Positions 51,680-62,024 of a DNA stretch of 63,012 nucleotides are shown one piece after another. Under the pieces are notes generated by a model. The model saw nothing but the letters and a program-made list of their open reading frames with translations. It was not told the origin of the DNA and did no database searches. The stretch is from positions 1-63,012 of the forward strand of contig JAFZUT010000006.1 in assembly GCA_017618175.1 (NCBI GenBank). Reading direction: 5' to 3'. Positions within the stretch are counted from its first letter, which is position 1. Each line of letters starts with the position of its first letter. This DNA comes from Alphaproteobacteria bacterium. GTDB taxonomy: Bacteria; Pseudomonadota; Alphaproteobacteria; Rs-D84. The position numbers and the translations under genes are program-made.

Positions 51680-52942
51680 TTATTCCGCATTGCCCAAAAT
51701 CGTATTAATAATCAAATCTGCGGTTTTATCCCAAGAAAATTGCTTTGCACGCGCCAATCCGCGCGCACGCATATCTTCACGCAATTTCGGGTTATTATAG
51801 TAATTTTCATATGCCGCAATATGTTGATCATCACTGTCCCAATCTATCATTATGCCGGCATCACCTACGACCTCTGGCAAAGACGAATTATTTGATGTAA
51901 TGACCGGACATCCACATTGCATTGCCTCTAACGGTGGCAAACCAAAACCTTCATATTGCGAAGTATAAACAAACCATTCCGCACCACTGTAAAGTGCGGC
52001 CAGGTCCGCATCATCAATATATCCGGCACGAATAATTTTATCTTTGTAATTGCCTAACCCATCTATCTGGGCCTCTAACTTGCCAATAAATTCATCCCAA
52101 TGACCACCACCAAGCACAAATACAATATCATCCACCTAGTTCTTTTTTATAAATTCAATAAACGTTTTCACCGCACGAATTAAATTTTTACGTGGTTCCA
52201 AAGTGCACAATGAAAACACATACTTTTTATCGGTGGGAATATTATATTTTGCACGCGCGGCGGCAATTTGTTTATCGTCTGTCACGTGGTAAAAATTATC
52301 ATTTGCCGCCAATGGAACCATTTTGATATCATTTGAATTTACATTAAATAATTGCACAAAATCATTCTTGGTTGCCGCAGAATTTGCAAAGTATTTACAC
52401 GTATTCTTGGCGTTCCGTACATATTGAACCAACCCATCAAACCAATAATGATTTTTTGAACGCGCGTTACTGTAATAATCGGGAAACAACACAGGAATTG
52501 TATCATGTAAAAATATATATTTTTCCTTGGCCTTGATTTTTTTGGGAAACACATAAATGGGCGAAAAAGCAACATCAAAATTCGGTATTCTAATATGGTA
52601 TCCCGAAAACTTTAAAGGTTTGCGCACGAACACATTTAATAACAATTTTGTGATATTGTGTTTTGATGCGCGCAACCTTTTATCCAATTGAACCATTTTA
52701 GATAAAAACTTTGTATATCTGTTGTCATAATAAACGCGTACACTGCCAAAATTTTGTTTTACAAAATCGTCAAATCTATCATCAAAATAACTGCTGTATA
52801 ATGACACATCAAATTTCTTTTGTGCCATCAAGTTTTTCAGTATATTATATGTCGCAAAATAAATTCCCGAACGCCCACGTCCATTATTAAGATTTTCTGC
52901 GATGACCGATGCATCGAAAATCAATGTTCGCTTGTTTTCCAT
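51680..52942 (-). pseudogene. GT4 glycosyltransferase interrupted by an in-frame TAG
   Basis: The TLEPRKN half and the [12 protein letters not shown] half are in one frame, separated only by TAG at 52138-52136. Confidence 0.8.
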
Positions 52943-52952
52943 TTTGATTGTC

Positions 52953-54023
52953 CTATTTCTCAAATTCGCTTTCACGCGGGAATTTCGTCTCAAAAAATTC
53001 CCGATTATGGTCAAAATTTGCGTTCGAATTGCACCAACTGTCATTTATGCACATTATCTTGGCCCTGCATTTTAATGCCCCTGATTCAAATGCATCAGTA
53101 CAATAGAATGCAGAATCACGCACAGATTTATAATGAACCAAATTATACATAAAATCCAATATGATATTATGCCCAATGTGTCGTGAATGCGCGCGAATTA
53201 TCCGTGAACGCCCCTTGACAACATCATACAAATTGAATACCAAACGGTGGACATCCGTTTCATCACGAAAACGATTATATCGTGTGGCATTTATAATCGG
53301 GTTCAACACCGGATGCGCCAAACAATCAATCATTGAAGATTTGATATATGGGTCCATACCATGCGACGCCTTGTAATTATAAAGCCGAACGCCAAATGCG
53401 CGTTCTATCGCCTCCGCCGCATTTATCAAATGCAATAAATAAACACTGTTCTTATCACGGGCAATATGACCGTTTTTGCGGTAAATTGCGCGGAATTTCG
53501 CCCTGCCCTGGGGGTCAAAGAAATAATCCGGCGATGTAGGCGCATTAAAAAACATATCATCGTTGGCCAATATGAAATGTTCCGCCAATCCCGGAATATT
53601 CGCCAAAGACGCCTCAATCGCGCACGAATTAAAAATCGGTGACGCATCGGCCGGCAATATAGATTCTTGGGGAATAACGGTCACGCGTGGATTGTCCGTA
53701 TTCAACCATTTTGGAACCTGGCCAAAACCGGTCACAATATAAATGTGATTTATCCAAGGCGCGTTTTTTTCCACAGACCGCATTGAATACTTTAATTCAT
53801 CATTGTCACGATAAATTTGTTCTTTGTTATCATCAACATATTTGCTGTCGTCTTTACCGGCCGCGCGCAGGTATTTTGCCTTGGTCTTTCTAAAATCCGG
53901 ACTGCTGCCATCAATCCAAAGATACACCAAATCTATGGGGAACGGAAATTTTCTATCAAACGAATGTTTATCTCTTTTCCTAATCATGTGAAAAATTCTG
54001 GCATAAAACATACCCAAAGTCAA
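52953..54023 (-). CDS. Stealth family hexose-1-phosphate transferase
   Basis: IDLVYLWIDG, ELKYSMRS..APWI, FNSCAIE, NDDMF and CIND motifs (CR1-CR4). Confidence 0.9.
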   Translation of the reverse strand: MTLGMFYARIFHMIRKRDKHSFDRKFPFPIDLVYLWIDGSSPDFRKTKAKYLRAAGKDDSKYVDDNKEQIYRDNDELKYSMRSVEKNAPWINHIYIVTGFGQVPKWLNTDNPRVTVIPQESILPADASPIFNSCAIEASLANIPGLAEHFILANDDMFFNAPTSPDYFFDPQGRAKFRAIYRKNGHIARDKNSVYLLHLINAAEAIERAFGVRLYNYKASHGMDPYIKSSMIDCLAHPVLNPIINATRYNRFRDETDVHRLVFNLYDVVKGRSRIIRAHSRHIGHNIILDFMYNLVHYKSVRDSAFYCTDAFESGALKCRAKIMCINDSWCNSNANFDHNREFFETKFPRESEFEK

Positions 54024-54099
54024 ATATCAATATATTTTTCAAATAAAAACTTACCCCGGCATTAACCGGGGTAAAAAAGCAAGAATATTTTGCGACAAA

Positions 54100-54693
54100 T
54101 TATTCCGCAACTTCCGTTGTGGCCTCTGGTGCCGCGGCCACATCTGCCGTTTTTTCTTCGGCCGGCGCTTCTTCTGTGGCTTCTTCTTCAACCTTTTTGG
54201 TTCCAAATGTCAAAACCTTGCCTGCGACCAACGCTTCGATTTCATCATTGGTACGTGCAACATAGACTTTGATTGGAACAATAACATCCGGATGCAGTGC
54301 GATTTTTGTATCGAACGCACCAACCGATTTAATCGGCGCACCCAACATAACCTGGGCCGAAGAAACATCAACATTTGCAATTTCTTTCAAAGTGCGTGCG
54401 ATATCGCGACTGGACACAGAACCATACAATTGACCTGTATCACCGGCCTGGCGAATCATATACATCTTGGCATTCTTGACCGCATCAACCTTGGATTCGG
54501 CCGCCTTCTTGGCGTTTTCATGACGCGCCTGCAATTCCGCCTTTTGCGCTTCAAACAATGCGACATTTTCACGTGACCAACGCAACGCCTTGTTATTAGG
54601 CAACAAGAAATTGCGTGCATAACCCGTTTTAACTTCGACTGTATCGCCAATATTACCCAAACGTGTAATTTTTTCTGTTAAAATAACTTTCAT
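54100..54693 (-). CDS. rplI: 50S ribosomal protein L9
   Basis: VKTGYARNFLLP and LYGSV motifs. Confidence 0.96.
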   Translation of the reverse strand: MKVILTEKITRLGNIGDTVEVKTGYARNFLLPNNKALRWSRENVALFEAQKAELQARHENAKKAAESKVDAVKNAKMYMIRQAGDTGQLYGSVSSRDIARTLKEIANVDVSSAQVMLGAPIKSVGAFDTKIALHPDVIVPIKVYVARTNDEIEALVAGKVLTFGTKKVEEEATEEAPAEEKTADVAAAPEATTEVAE

Positions 54694-54738
54694 TTTATCT
54701 GTCCTTATTTTGTTAAGTTAGGGAAATTCCCAAATAGT

Positions 54739-54966
54739 TTAACCAATGTTGTTACGTACGAACGGCAAAAGTCCCAAATGACGTGCACGTTTGATTGCAC
54801 GTGTCAATAAACGCTGATCTTTTTGGGAAACGCCACTTATACGGCTTGGCACGATTTTACCACGTTCGGTAATATAGTGTCCCAACATTTTAACATCTTT
54901 GTAATCAATAACCTTGCCCTTTAACGGGTTAGATTTTTTACGATAAATTGCTGCACGAACTGCCAT
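54739..54966 (-). CDS. rpsR: 30S ribosomal protein S18 (no Zn ligands)
   Basis: [17 protein letters not shown] and AIKRAR motifs. Confidence 0.96.
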   Translation of the reverse strand: MAVRAAIYRKKSNPLKGKVIDYKDVKMLGHYITERGKIVPSRISGVSQKDQRLLTRAIKRARHLGLLPFVRNNIG

Positions 54967-55304
54967 TATTCTGCCTCCTCGGTATTCTTTTTCATCATAA
55001 TCGACGGACCATCTGCCAATTTTTCGACACGCACGTTCAGATAACGAATAACGTCTTCATCGATACGGCAACGGCGTTCCAATTCTGCAACCGCGGTCCC
55101 CGGCAATTCAATGTTCATCATAACATAGTGTGCCTTGCGATTTTTGCGAATTATATAGGCCAAGTTTTTCAATCCCCAAAATTCGGTAGATTTCACATCG
55201 CCATTTAATTCTTTGATAATACCTGCATATTTTTCCGCTTTTTCTTTGACCTGCGGTTCGGTCAAGTCCTGGCGAAAAACCAGAACACTTTCATAGTAAG
55301 CCAT
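54966..55304 (-). CDS. rpsF: 30S ribosomal protein S6
   Basis: [12 protein letters not shown] motif; rpsF-rpsR-rplI gene order. Confidence 0.95.
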   Translation of the reverse strand: MAYYESVLVFRQDLTEPQVKEKAEKYAGIIKELNGDVKSTEFWGLKNLAYIIRKNRKAHYVMMNIELPGTAVAELERRCRIDEDVIRYLNVRVEKLADGPSIMMKKNTEEAE

Positions 55305-55487
55305 TTTATTTCCTTTGGTTTAGTTTAGCCGTTATCACCATTAATAACGGCAGGAACGAACGCAATTATTACAATTTTTTACAAAAAATCAAGTGGTTTT
55401 ATAATTTTTCCCATTTATTTAGAATAATCCCTGTTGACACGATGTCCAAAATTTTTCTAAGATAGCAATATAACGAGAGAAAGTACC

Positions 55488-56255
55488 ATGAATAATTTTC
55501 ACAGAAACCTTAATCGTATGGCGTTTTTCACGGCATTCGTACTGTGCGCTATCATATTGTTTTATCGAACATTTTTTGCGATTGCAATTGCAAATATATA
55601 CCTGAACGGAATCATTATTGGGACCACCCTGTTCGGTATAATTCTGTGTTTTATTAAGGTGTTTGCGTTATTGCCTGAATATCGGTGGTTGAACGCGTAC
55701 ACACGCGGTGCGCGCGGTGCAAAAATGCCGCCACGGTTGTTGCATTCGGTCGCGGTAATGCTGCGCACACGGCCCAAAAAATTGACCGAGGGCGGTCTGC
55801 GCGGAATTTTGGACACGATTTTGGTACGATTGGAAGACGACCGCGAACCGTTGCGTTATGTGACAAACACGTTGGTGTTTTTGGGGTTACTGGGCACATT
55901 TTGGGGGTTAATTTTGACAATCGGTGGCTTTGCCGAATTGATTGGGAATTTGAATTTTAATGATGAAACGGTCCTTGAAACTATGCAGGTTGGCCTTTCG
56001 CGGCCACTGGGCGGAATGGCCACCGCATTCACCAGTTCGCTGCTTGGCCTTGGCGGAAGTTTGGTTGTTGGCTTTTTATCACTCCAGGTTCAATTGGCCC
56101 AAGGCGCGGTTTTCCATAAATTGGAAGATTTCTTGGCGGCGCGCACCAATGTATCACACGTGGAAACAGGTGCATGGCCGAAAATAGAATCTACGCTTGA
56201 TAAAATCGGCACCGCCGTTCGCAGTATAGACCGCAAAACCATACCGCAACAATAA
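55488..56255 (+). CDS. MotA/TolQ/ExbB-like membrane protein
   Basis: LGLLGTFWGL and GMATAFTSSLLGL motifs. Confidence 0.8.
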   Translation: MNNFHRNLNRMAFFTAFVLCAIILFYRTFFAIAIANIYLNGIIIGTTLFGIILCFIKVFALLPEYRWLNAYTRGARGAKMPPRLLHSVAVMLRTRPKKLTEGGLRGILDTILVRLEDDREPLRYVTNTLVFLGLLGTFWGLILTIGGFAELIGNLNFNDETVLETMQVGLSRPLGGMATAFTSSLLGLGGSLVVGFLSLQVQLAQGAVFHKLEDFLAARTNVSHVETGAWPKIESTLDKIGTAVRSIDRKTIPQQ

Positions 56256-56278
56256 AGACGAAATAAAGAGAGAGAAAA

Positions 56279-57385
56279 ATGCTGAACAGAACATTTAACA
56301 CCAACAAAACCAACACTTGGCCGGCGTTCGTAGATTTATTTTCGAACCTGGTTATCATATTGATATTTCTGCTGATTGTGTTTGTGTTTTTGTGGACCAC
56401 AACAAGCGTATTTAACAAAAGAACCGGTGTCAAAACAATCGCAGAATTAAAACAAACCAATGCGGAACAAAGTGAAAAAATCCGCCAAATGACCGCCGAT
56501 GAACAAGAGGCTATGCGTTTGTTGGTCCAGGCGCGCGCCAATTTGGAATCGGCACAAAGTGATTTGGACAACAAAGATTTATCCATCATTGACCTTATCA
56601 CCGCATATGAAAACCAGGTTAATAAACTTCAGGCCGAAGATGACGCGACCAAAGCGCAACTGGTTGAACTGCGTGAACAATTGAACGCCGCATTGGTTGC
56701 CAAAGAACAATTGGCGGAATTGGAACAACAACGGCGCGAACTCCAGGCGCAGATGTCTGAACAAATGGCGAATAAGACCGCCGAATACCAAGAAGAGTTG
56801 AAAAAGTTAAACGATGCATTGGCGGCGGCCGAAGAATCTGCGCGCGAACAAGAGGTTAAATATGTCGAAATGTCAACACGGTTGAACCGCGCGTTGGCTG
56901 ACAAGGTTGCAGAATTAAATGAAATGAAGCAATATCAATCTGAATTCTATCGCGCCGTGAAAATGGCATTGGGCGACCGCACCACGGTCCACACAGACGG
57001 CGACCGATTCATTGTATCCAGTGATATTTTATTTCCAACCGGTTCGTATAAATTGTCGGCCGAAGGCAAAAACCAATTGCGTCTTATATCCAACGTTATC
57101 AAAGATTTCGAATCCAAGATTCCATCTGATGTAAATTGGATTATCCGTGTTGACGGCCACACAGATAAAACACCGGTGGTTCCCGGCAACCGTGCATACC
57201 GCGACAATATGCAATTATCATTGTTGCGCGCAACGGCGGTGGCAAACGAATTGGCCGCGGATGGCGTTTCCCCACGCCGTTTGGTCCCAAGTGGCTTTGG
57301 CGACCTGCACCCGGTGGAATTAGGCACAGACAAAGACAGTATGCAGAAAAATCGCCGCATAGAATTACAATTGACGAATAAATAG
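56279..57385 (+). CDS. MotB/OmpA-like peptidoglycan-binding protein with coiled coil
   Basis: WPAFVD, VDGHTD, LSLLRA and NRRIE motifs. Confidence 0.85.
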   Translation: MLNRTFNTNKTNTWPAFVDLFSNLVIILIFLLIVFVFLWTTTSVFNKRTGVKTIAELKQTNAEQSEKIRQMTADEQEAMRLLVQARANLESAQSDLDNKDLSIIDLITAYENQVNKLQAEDDATKAQLVELREQLNAALVAKEQLAELEQQRRELQAQMSEQMANKTAEYQEELKKLNDALAAAEESAREQEVKYVEMSTRLNRALADKVAELNEMKQYQSEFYRAVKMALGDRTTVHTDGDRFIVSSDILFPTGSYKLSAEGKNQLRLISNVIKDFESKIPSDVNWIIRVDGHTDKTPVVPGNRAYRDNMQLSLLRATAVANELAADGVSPRRLVPSGFGDLHPVELGTDKDSMQKNRRIELQLTNK

Positions 57386-57389
57386 AGGA

Positions 57390-57428
57390 TAGTGGTTAGT
57401 GAAAACCGGCGGTTCCCCGCCGGTTTTT
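57390..57428 (+). terminator. Repeat-type hairpin terminator upstream of switch locus 5
   Basis: TAGTGGTTAGTGAAAACCGGCGG-TTCC-CCGCCGGTTTTT. Confidence 0.75.
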
Positions 57429-57450
57429 GTTTTCAAACTGGTCAAAAAAA

Positions 57451-57541
57451 GGTACCTTTTTGTCCACCATTTTTTTCAAAAAAATTTTTCAGTAATTTCA
57501 ATGGTCCAATTTTTGACCGAAGTGGTGGTCATAAAGGTACC
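57451..57541. promoter_or_regulatory. Putative invertible promoter segment, type B (locus 5)
   Basis: GGTACC at 57451 and 57536; interior nearly identical to 25322-25400; flanks match locus 1. Confidence 0.75.
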
Positions 57542-57582
57542 TTTTTGTTACACTGTAATGCGAGGAATAAAGGGGAAATATT

Positions 57583-58092
57583 ATGAAACAAGCATTATTC
57601 ATTGGTGCAATCGCATCTGTTTTATCGATCAACGCATACGCAACTTCATCCACGGTTACATCCAAAGATTACGTAGATGCCCAAGACGCATTGAAACAAG
57701 ACACTATACCCGAGGCGGGTGTCAATGCCGATGAAAACGGTGGCGGAGAATCGGTTGTTACATATACTGATGCAGAGGGCGTACTTGGTGAACGAGGAAT
57801 TTGTGATTCGAATGCAAATGCCGATGGTGGTTGTGATGATAATTTCTTAGTTACGCGGGATTTATTGCGAAATGTGGAAAATCTGCCAACACGCACGGTG
57901 ACATATAAAACGTGTTATGAATGGTCTGGAACCCCGCATACAGATGCAAATTGTATATTATGGAACTTATCGGATAGGAAGGTAAAAGGTTGCATTGAAA
58001 GCGGTATAACCGGTGAAAACGTATGTCAAAACGATGCGCAATGCTGTAGCAGAATGTGCGTCGATGGTTATTGCATGGAACCACAATATTAG
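57583..58092 (+). CDS. Secreted Cys-rich protein, family member 6 (MKQALF type)
   Basis: Conserved N-terminus; body similar to 5538-6041. Confidence 0.85.
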   Translation: MKQALFIGAIASVLSINAYATSSTVTSKDYVDAQDALKQDTIPEAGVNADENGGGESVVTYTDAEGVLGERGICDSNANADGGCDDNFLVTRDLLRNVENLPTRTVTYKTCYEWSGTPHTDANCILWNLSDRKVKGCIESGITGENVCQNDAQCCSRMCVDGYCMEPQY

Positions 58093-58103
58093 AATTTACA
58101 TAT

Positions 58104-58127
58104 AAAAACGGGGCATCGCCCCGTTTT
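58104..58127. terminator. Bidirectional intrinsic terminator
   Basis: AAAACGGGGC-ATC-GCCCCGTTTT. Confidence 0.75.
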
Positions 58128-58138
58128 AATTTGAACGA

Positions 58139-58642
58139 TTAGTTACCCCGTGCGCGGGCATTGCGTATGCGATAAATTTGTTTCAAACTGTTTTTATATT
58201 CGTTATAGTTTATCTTAAACTTATACTCTTTGCTGGCGCCATTTCTAACGCTGTCGCCGTATTCCCATTCGCCATTTTCATTGATAAAACTGCCGGGGCC
58301 GTATTCGTATGACAATGGGGCGTTTTGTATTTTTTGCCAAACCGCACCCGCACTGTGACATTCGCCGGCATAATCCAACACAATATCCGCATCGCGTTCC
58401 AACGCGGCGCGATATCTTATGGAATCGTGTTTGGCCTTCATCAACCAAACTTCGCCCGTGTAATCAAGGCCGGTATCATTGGCGGTTTCGGCCAATGCCT
58501 CGGTATTTGCCTTGTTCAACATCCATTCGGCAAATCCGCGCGTAATTTTTTGATTGCGTTTTTGTTCGGTTTCACATCCGGCCAACATCAACAATGCCAA
58601 CAAAGATCCAGAAACCCCAGTGGCCAACTTTTTGTTTTTCAT
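58139..58642 (-). CDS. Putative lipoprotein
   Basis: MKNKK...LLMLAGC lipobox; AAGGGG RBS. Confidence 0.7.
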   Translation of the reverse strand: MKNKKLATGVSGSLLALLMLAGCETEQKRNQKITRGFAEWMLNKANTEALAETANDTGLDYTGEVWLMKAKHDSIRYRAALERDADIVLDYAGECHSAGAVWQKIQNAPLSYEYGPGSFINENGEWEYGDSVRNGASKEYKFKINYNEYKNSLKQIYRIRNARARGN

Positions 58643-58752
58643 ATGTGCACCCCTTGGTTGCGTTATATTTTTAACACGTATAAATATAATACAAATTTTT
58701 ATAATGTCAATCCAAAAGGCGGCAAACAAGAAATCCGCCAAACGGCGGATTT

Positions 58753-59127
58753 TTATAATTTTTTAATTGCGGAAACGTCTATTTCCATCATCGACATCCC
58801 ATTTTTATCAACCTCGCCCCATACTTCAACCATATCGGTCGGTGACACGGTCAGCCCGCCCCAATCTTCTTCATCAATTTCCAAGTTGATTGTCCCGGTG
58901 GTATCTTGGAAAACATAGGAATTTTCACCATTTTGACGCAACAGGTATCCGCGCACTATGACCGGGGAATCATCCGGCATGGCCCGGACTTGTTCTACGG
59001 TGACGACCTCCATCATATTATTATTCATATTGTTGTTCATATTTTGGTTTGCCATACTGCCCGGGCCCGCGAACGCGGTCGCGGTCGCCATAACACCGAC
59101 AACCGCCAAGATTGATATTTTCTTCAT
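58753..59127 (-). CDS. YgiW/YdeI-like bacterial OB-fold stress protein
   Basis: Signal peptide, Y.FQD.TG.I..EID and GEVDK motifs. Confidence 0.85.
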   Translation of the reverse strand: MKKISILAVVGVMATATAFAGPGSMANQNMNNNMNNNMMEVVTVEQVRAMPDDSPVIVRGYLLRQNGENSYVFQDTTGTINLEIDEEDWGGLTVSPTDMVEVWGEVDKNGMSMMEIDVSAIKKL

Positions 59128-59272
59128 TGTTTTTTCCTTTGGTTAAATAATGATTTTGTGCTTTTGACACGGTTATATTATACCGCGAACACGCCAAAAA
59201 ATATTTAGGTATGGTTTCACTTGAACCGCACAAAAACATTGCTATATTTGTATTGAACCAAAAGGAAAAACG

Positions 59273-59515
59273 ATGGAAGACCACGGTATATCAACCGAAC
59301 CAAAATCACAAACCAAGACACTTTTTTCAATTCCAATACCGGGGTGTTTAATGGTAATTATACTTTCGGCGGTTGCGGGTATCATAATTAACGAATGCAA
59401 ACGTTCACAAATTCGCCTTGAAAACGACCGCCAAAAATATCAGCAAAACGATAATATAAAACCAAAGGTCGCACAAAACACCCTGTTTATTCGCGCATTG
59501 CCACGTTCACGTTAA
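59273..59515 (+). CDS. Small hypothetical membrane protein
   Basis: AAGGA RBS, one TM helix. Confidence 0.5.
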   Translation: MEDHGISTEPKSQTKTLFSIPIPGCLMVIILSAVAGIIINECKRSQIRLENDRQKYQQNDNIKPKVAQNTLFIRALPRSR

Positions 59516-60219
59516 AGAATTTGATGCAATCGCGCACCATTTGTGTTCAACCAACGCTTTGCACGTTCCACACCAAACCCATACAGTTCACGCACGGTCG
59601 CCCAAAATTCCGGCGAATGGTCCATGTGTTTTGTATGTGCCAATTCGTGCATCACAACATATCGCATAACGTCAAACGGCGCCAATCCCAATCGCCACGA
59701 AAAAGATATCGTCCCCGTGGTTGACCGTGAACCCCACCGCGAAGAAGTATCCCGCAAACAAATCCGCCGCGGCCAAAATTCGCGTGGTGTTTTGCGTATC
59801 AAATTTTTGATTTGTTTCAAAAGTTCCGCCTTGACGAACATACGCACGCGACTTTCAATCATTTTTTCATCACCACCAACAAACAGAGTATACGTTCCAT
59901 CATCGTTCAATACAAATTTATTCGCGCGAATATTCGCGTCGTAAACAACGTGCACGCGCAGATTCAAGAATTCAAACCAATCACCCGATTTAATATGGAC
60001 CCGCGTTGGCGCATTTTGAAAAAAACGTTCCAACCATCGCCGCTTTTGTTCTACGAACCGCAAAGCCGCCGTGTTCGATGCAATCCACGGTCGCGATATT
60101 TCGATACGCCGCACATCACCCGCACGTGGCCGCAAAGTTATATTGCGCAACCCACGCCGCACACTTATTATGATTGGGATTTTTTCACCCGCCGAAGTTA
60201 CAAATTCAAAATCTGCCAT
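59512..60219 (-). CDS. YgjP/DUF45-like zinc metallopeptidase
   Basis: RWGS and YVVMHELAH..HMDHSPEFW motifs. Confidence 0.88.
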   Translation of the reverse strand: MADFEFVTSAGEKIPIIISVRRGLRNITLRPRAGDVRRIEISRPWIASNTAALRFVEQKRRWLERFFQNAPTRVHIKSGDWFEFLNLRVHVVYDANIRANKFVLNDDGTYTLFVGGDEKMIESRVRMFVKAELLKQIKNLIRKTPREFWPRRICLRDTSSRWGSRSTTGTISFSWRLGLAPFDVMRYVVMHELAHTKHMDHSPEFWATVRELYGFGVERAKRWLNTNGARLHQIL

Positions 60220-61987
60220 ATTTCATCTTGGTACGTATTGCGTGGACAATTGCGTTCACATCAAATCCACACTCACGATACACCATATCACCCGGACCTG
60301 ACAAGCCAAAATCATCAATTCCGATAACATCATCGGCAAATTCGAACCAAGACGCAGTTGCACCTGCCTCTATTGCAATCACACGTCCGCGCAGGATATT
60401 CTGTTTATATTCATCGTCCATATCACGGAAATGGGAAACAGACGGTATACTGGCCACCTGGGTTCCACCAATGCATCGCGCAACGGCAATCGCCAATGGA
60501 ACTTCGGCCCCGGTGGCAATAATCGTTAAACGAATACGCTGGGCCTTGGGTTTATATATCAAATAACCGCCTGCATCAACATATCCCCAAACCGGCGCAC
60601 CCACACGCAGTATCTTTTGTCGCGACAAAACGATACACGAAGGACGGCTGGTTTCGGTCAATGCCGCACGCCAAGCCCACGCGACTTCGGTCATATTACA
60701 CGGGCGAAACACATTCATATTTGGAATCAAACGCAGGCCCGCCAATTGTTCAATCGGTTGATGTGTCGGTCCATCTGCACCAACGGCAATGCTGTCGTGC
60801 GTCAAAACATACACCACCGGCAAACCGGCCAACGCCGAAATTCGCATCGCCCCGCGCATATAATCACTGAATACCAAGAAAGTCGAACCAACCGTGCGCA
60901 ATCCCGAATACGCCATACCATTCATAATTGCCGCCATAGCGTGTTCGCGCACACCATAATTTATATAGTTTCCTGAAAAATCGTCCGCCGTAATATCGTG
61001 CATACCATCAACCAAGACATTTGTACTGCGCCCAAGGTCGGCACTGCCACAGATTATGCCTTGGGTTCTTTGAATAATTTTCGACAAATACATACCCGAC
61101 ATTTCCCGCGTAGAAATAAAGTGCGGAACATCCGGCAACAACGGGTTCGGTGCCGTCACATATTTGTGGTTACGCCCCCCAGAATGCGACCGCGCAATCA
61201 TACCCCACAATTCGCGACCGTGCACAGAATCCAAATTTTCTATCAACGCGGCAATTTCGGCATCCGGTGCATCAAACCCGTGTGCGCGCGATGTTCCGGC
61301 GGCACCAATCCCAAGGCCCAAAACGGTATTGCATTGAACAAATATGGGGGAATCAGCCGGCGCAGATATCGCATCGTATAATTCATCAAAGTTATGCCCA
61401 TTTGCCGTGCGCACATCCCAACCGGCGGCACGCATACGCATTGCAACATTTACATCCGTTTGGGCCGCACCATCTATGGATACGCCATTGTTATCCCACA
61501 ACAGTATAAGGTTATTCAATTTATACCGCCCGGCAAAGCCGATGGCTTCGTTCGCGACACCTTCCATCAAATCGCCATCACTGCACAGGCAATAAATTTT
61601 CCCTTTTGTTTCAAAGTGTTTTTCCGCAATTGCCATACCGACCGCGTTCGCCACGCCTTGCCCCAATGGCCCCGTGGTTGCGGCAACGCCATCAATGCCA
61701 AATTCTGGATGTCCCGGCAAACCATTCAATCGTCGCAAAGAATCCAAATCGCCAACACGATATCCCGCCAATTTTAATACAGAATACAGCAACGCCGAAC
61801 CATGCCCGGCCGACAAAACGAATCGGTCATATTCTGGATTCAAAAACACCGCATAAATCATCGTGATAATGTCGGCGGCACCAAGTGCGATTCCAATATG
61901 CCCGCTTTTTGCGTGACGCAACGCGCGCAGGGCCGTTGCCCGCACCGCATTGGACATTTCACCTAAATTCTTGGAATCTATTACCAT
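60206..61987 (-). CDS. tkt: Transketolase (compact form)
   Basis: DRFVLSAGH, TTGPLGQG, SDGDLMEG, YGVREH and DGPTHQP motifs. Confidence 0.92.
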   Translation of the reverse strand: MVIDSKNLGEMSNAVRATALRALRHAKSGHIGIALGAADIITMIYAVFLNPEYDRFVLSAGHGSALLYSVLKLAGYRVGDLDSLRRLNGLPGHPEFGIDGVAATTGPLGQGVANAVGMAIAEKHFETKGKIYCLCSDGDLMEGVANEAIGFAGRYKLNNLILLWDNNGVSIDGAAQTDVNVAMRMRAAGWDVRTANGHNFDELYDAISAPADSPIFVQCNTVLGLGIGAAGTSRAHGFDAPDAEIAALIENLDSVHGRELWGMIARSHSGGRNHKYVTAPNPLLPDVPHFISTREMSGMYLSKIIQRTQGIICGSADLGRSTNVLVDGMHDITADDFSGNYINYGVREHAMAAIMNGMAYSGLRTVGSTFLVFSDYMRGAMRISALAGLPVVYVLTHDSIAVGADGPTHQPIEQLAGLRLIPNMNVFRPCNMTEVAWAWRAALTETSRPSCIVLSRQKILRVGAPVWGYVDAGGYLIYKPKAQRIRLTIIATGAEVPLAIAVARCIGGTQVASIPSVSHFRDMDDEYKQNILRGRVIAIEAGATASWFEFADDVIGIDDFGLSGPGDMVYRECGFDVNAIVHAIRTKMKYGRF

Positions 61988-62024
61988 TTTGTGATATTAT
62001 ATCATAAAAAAGGTGGTAAATAAA

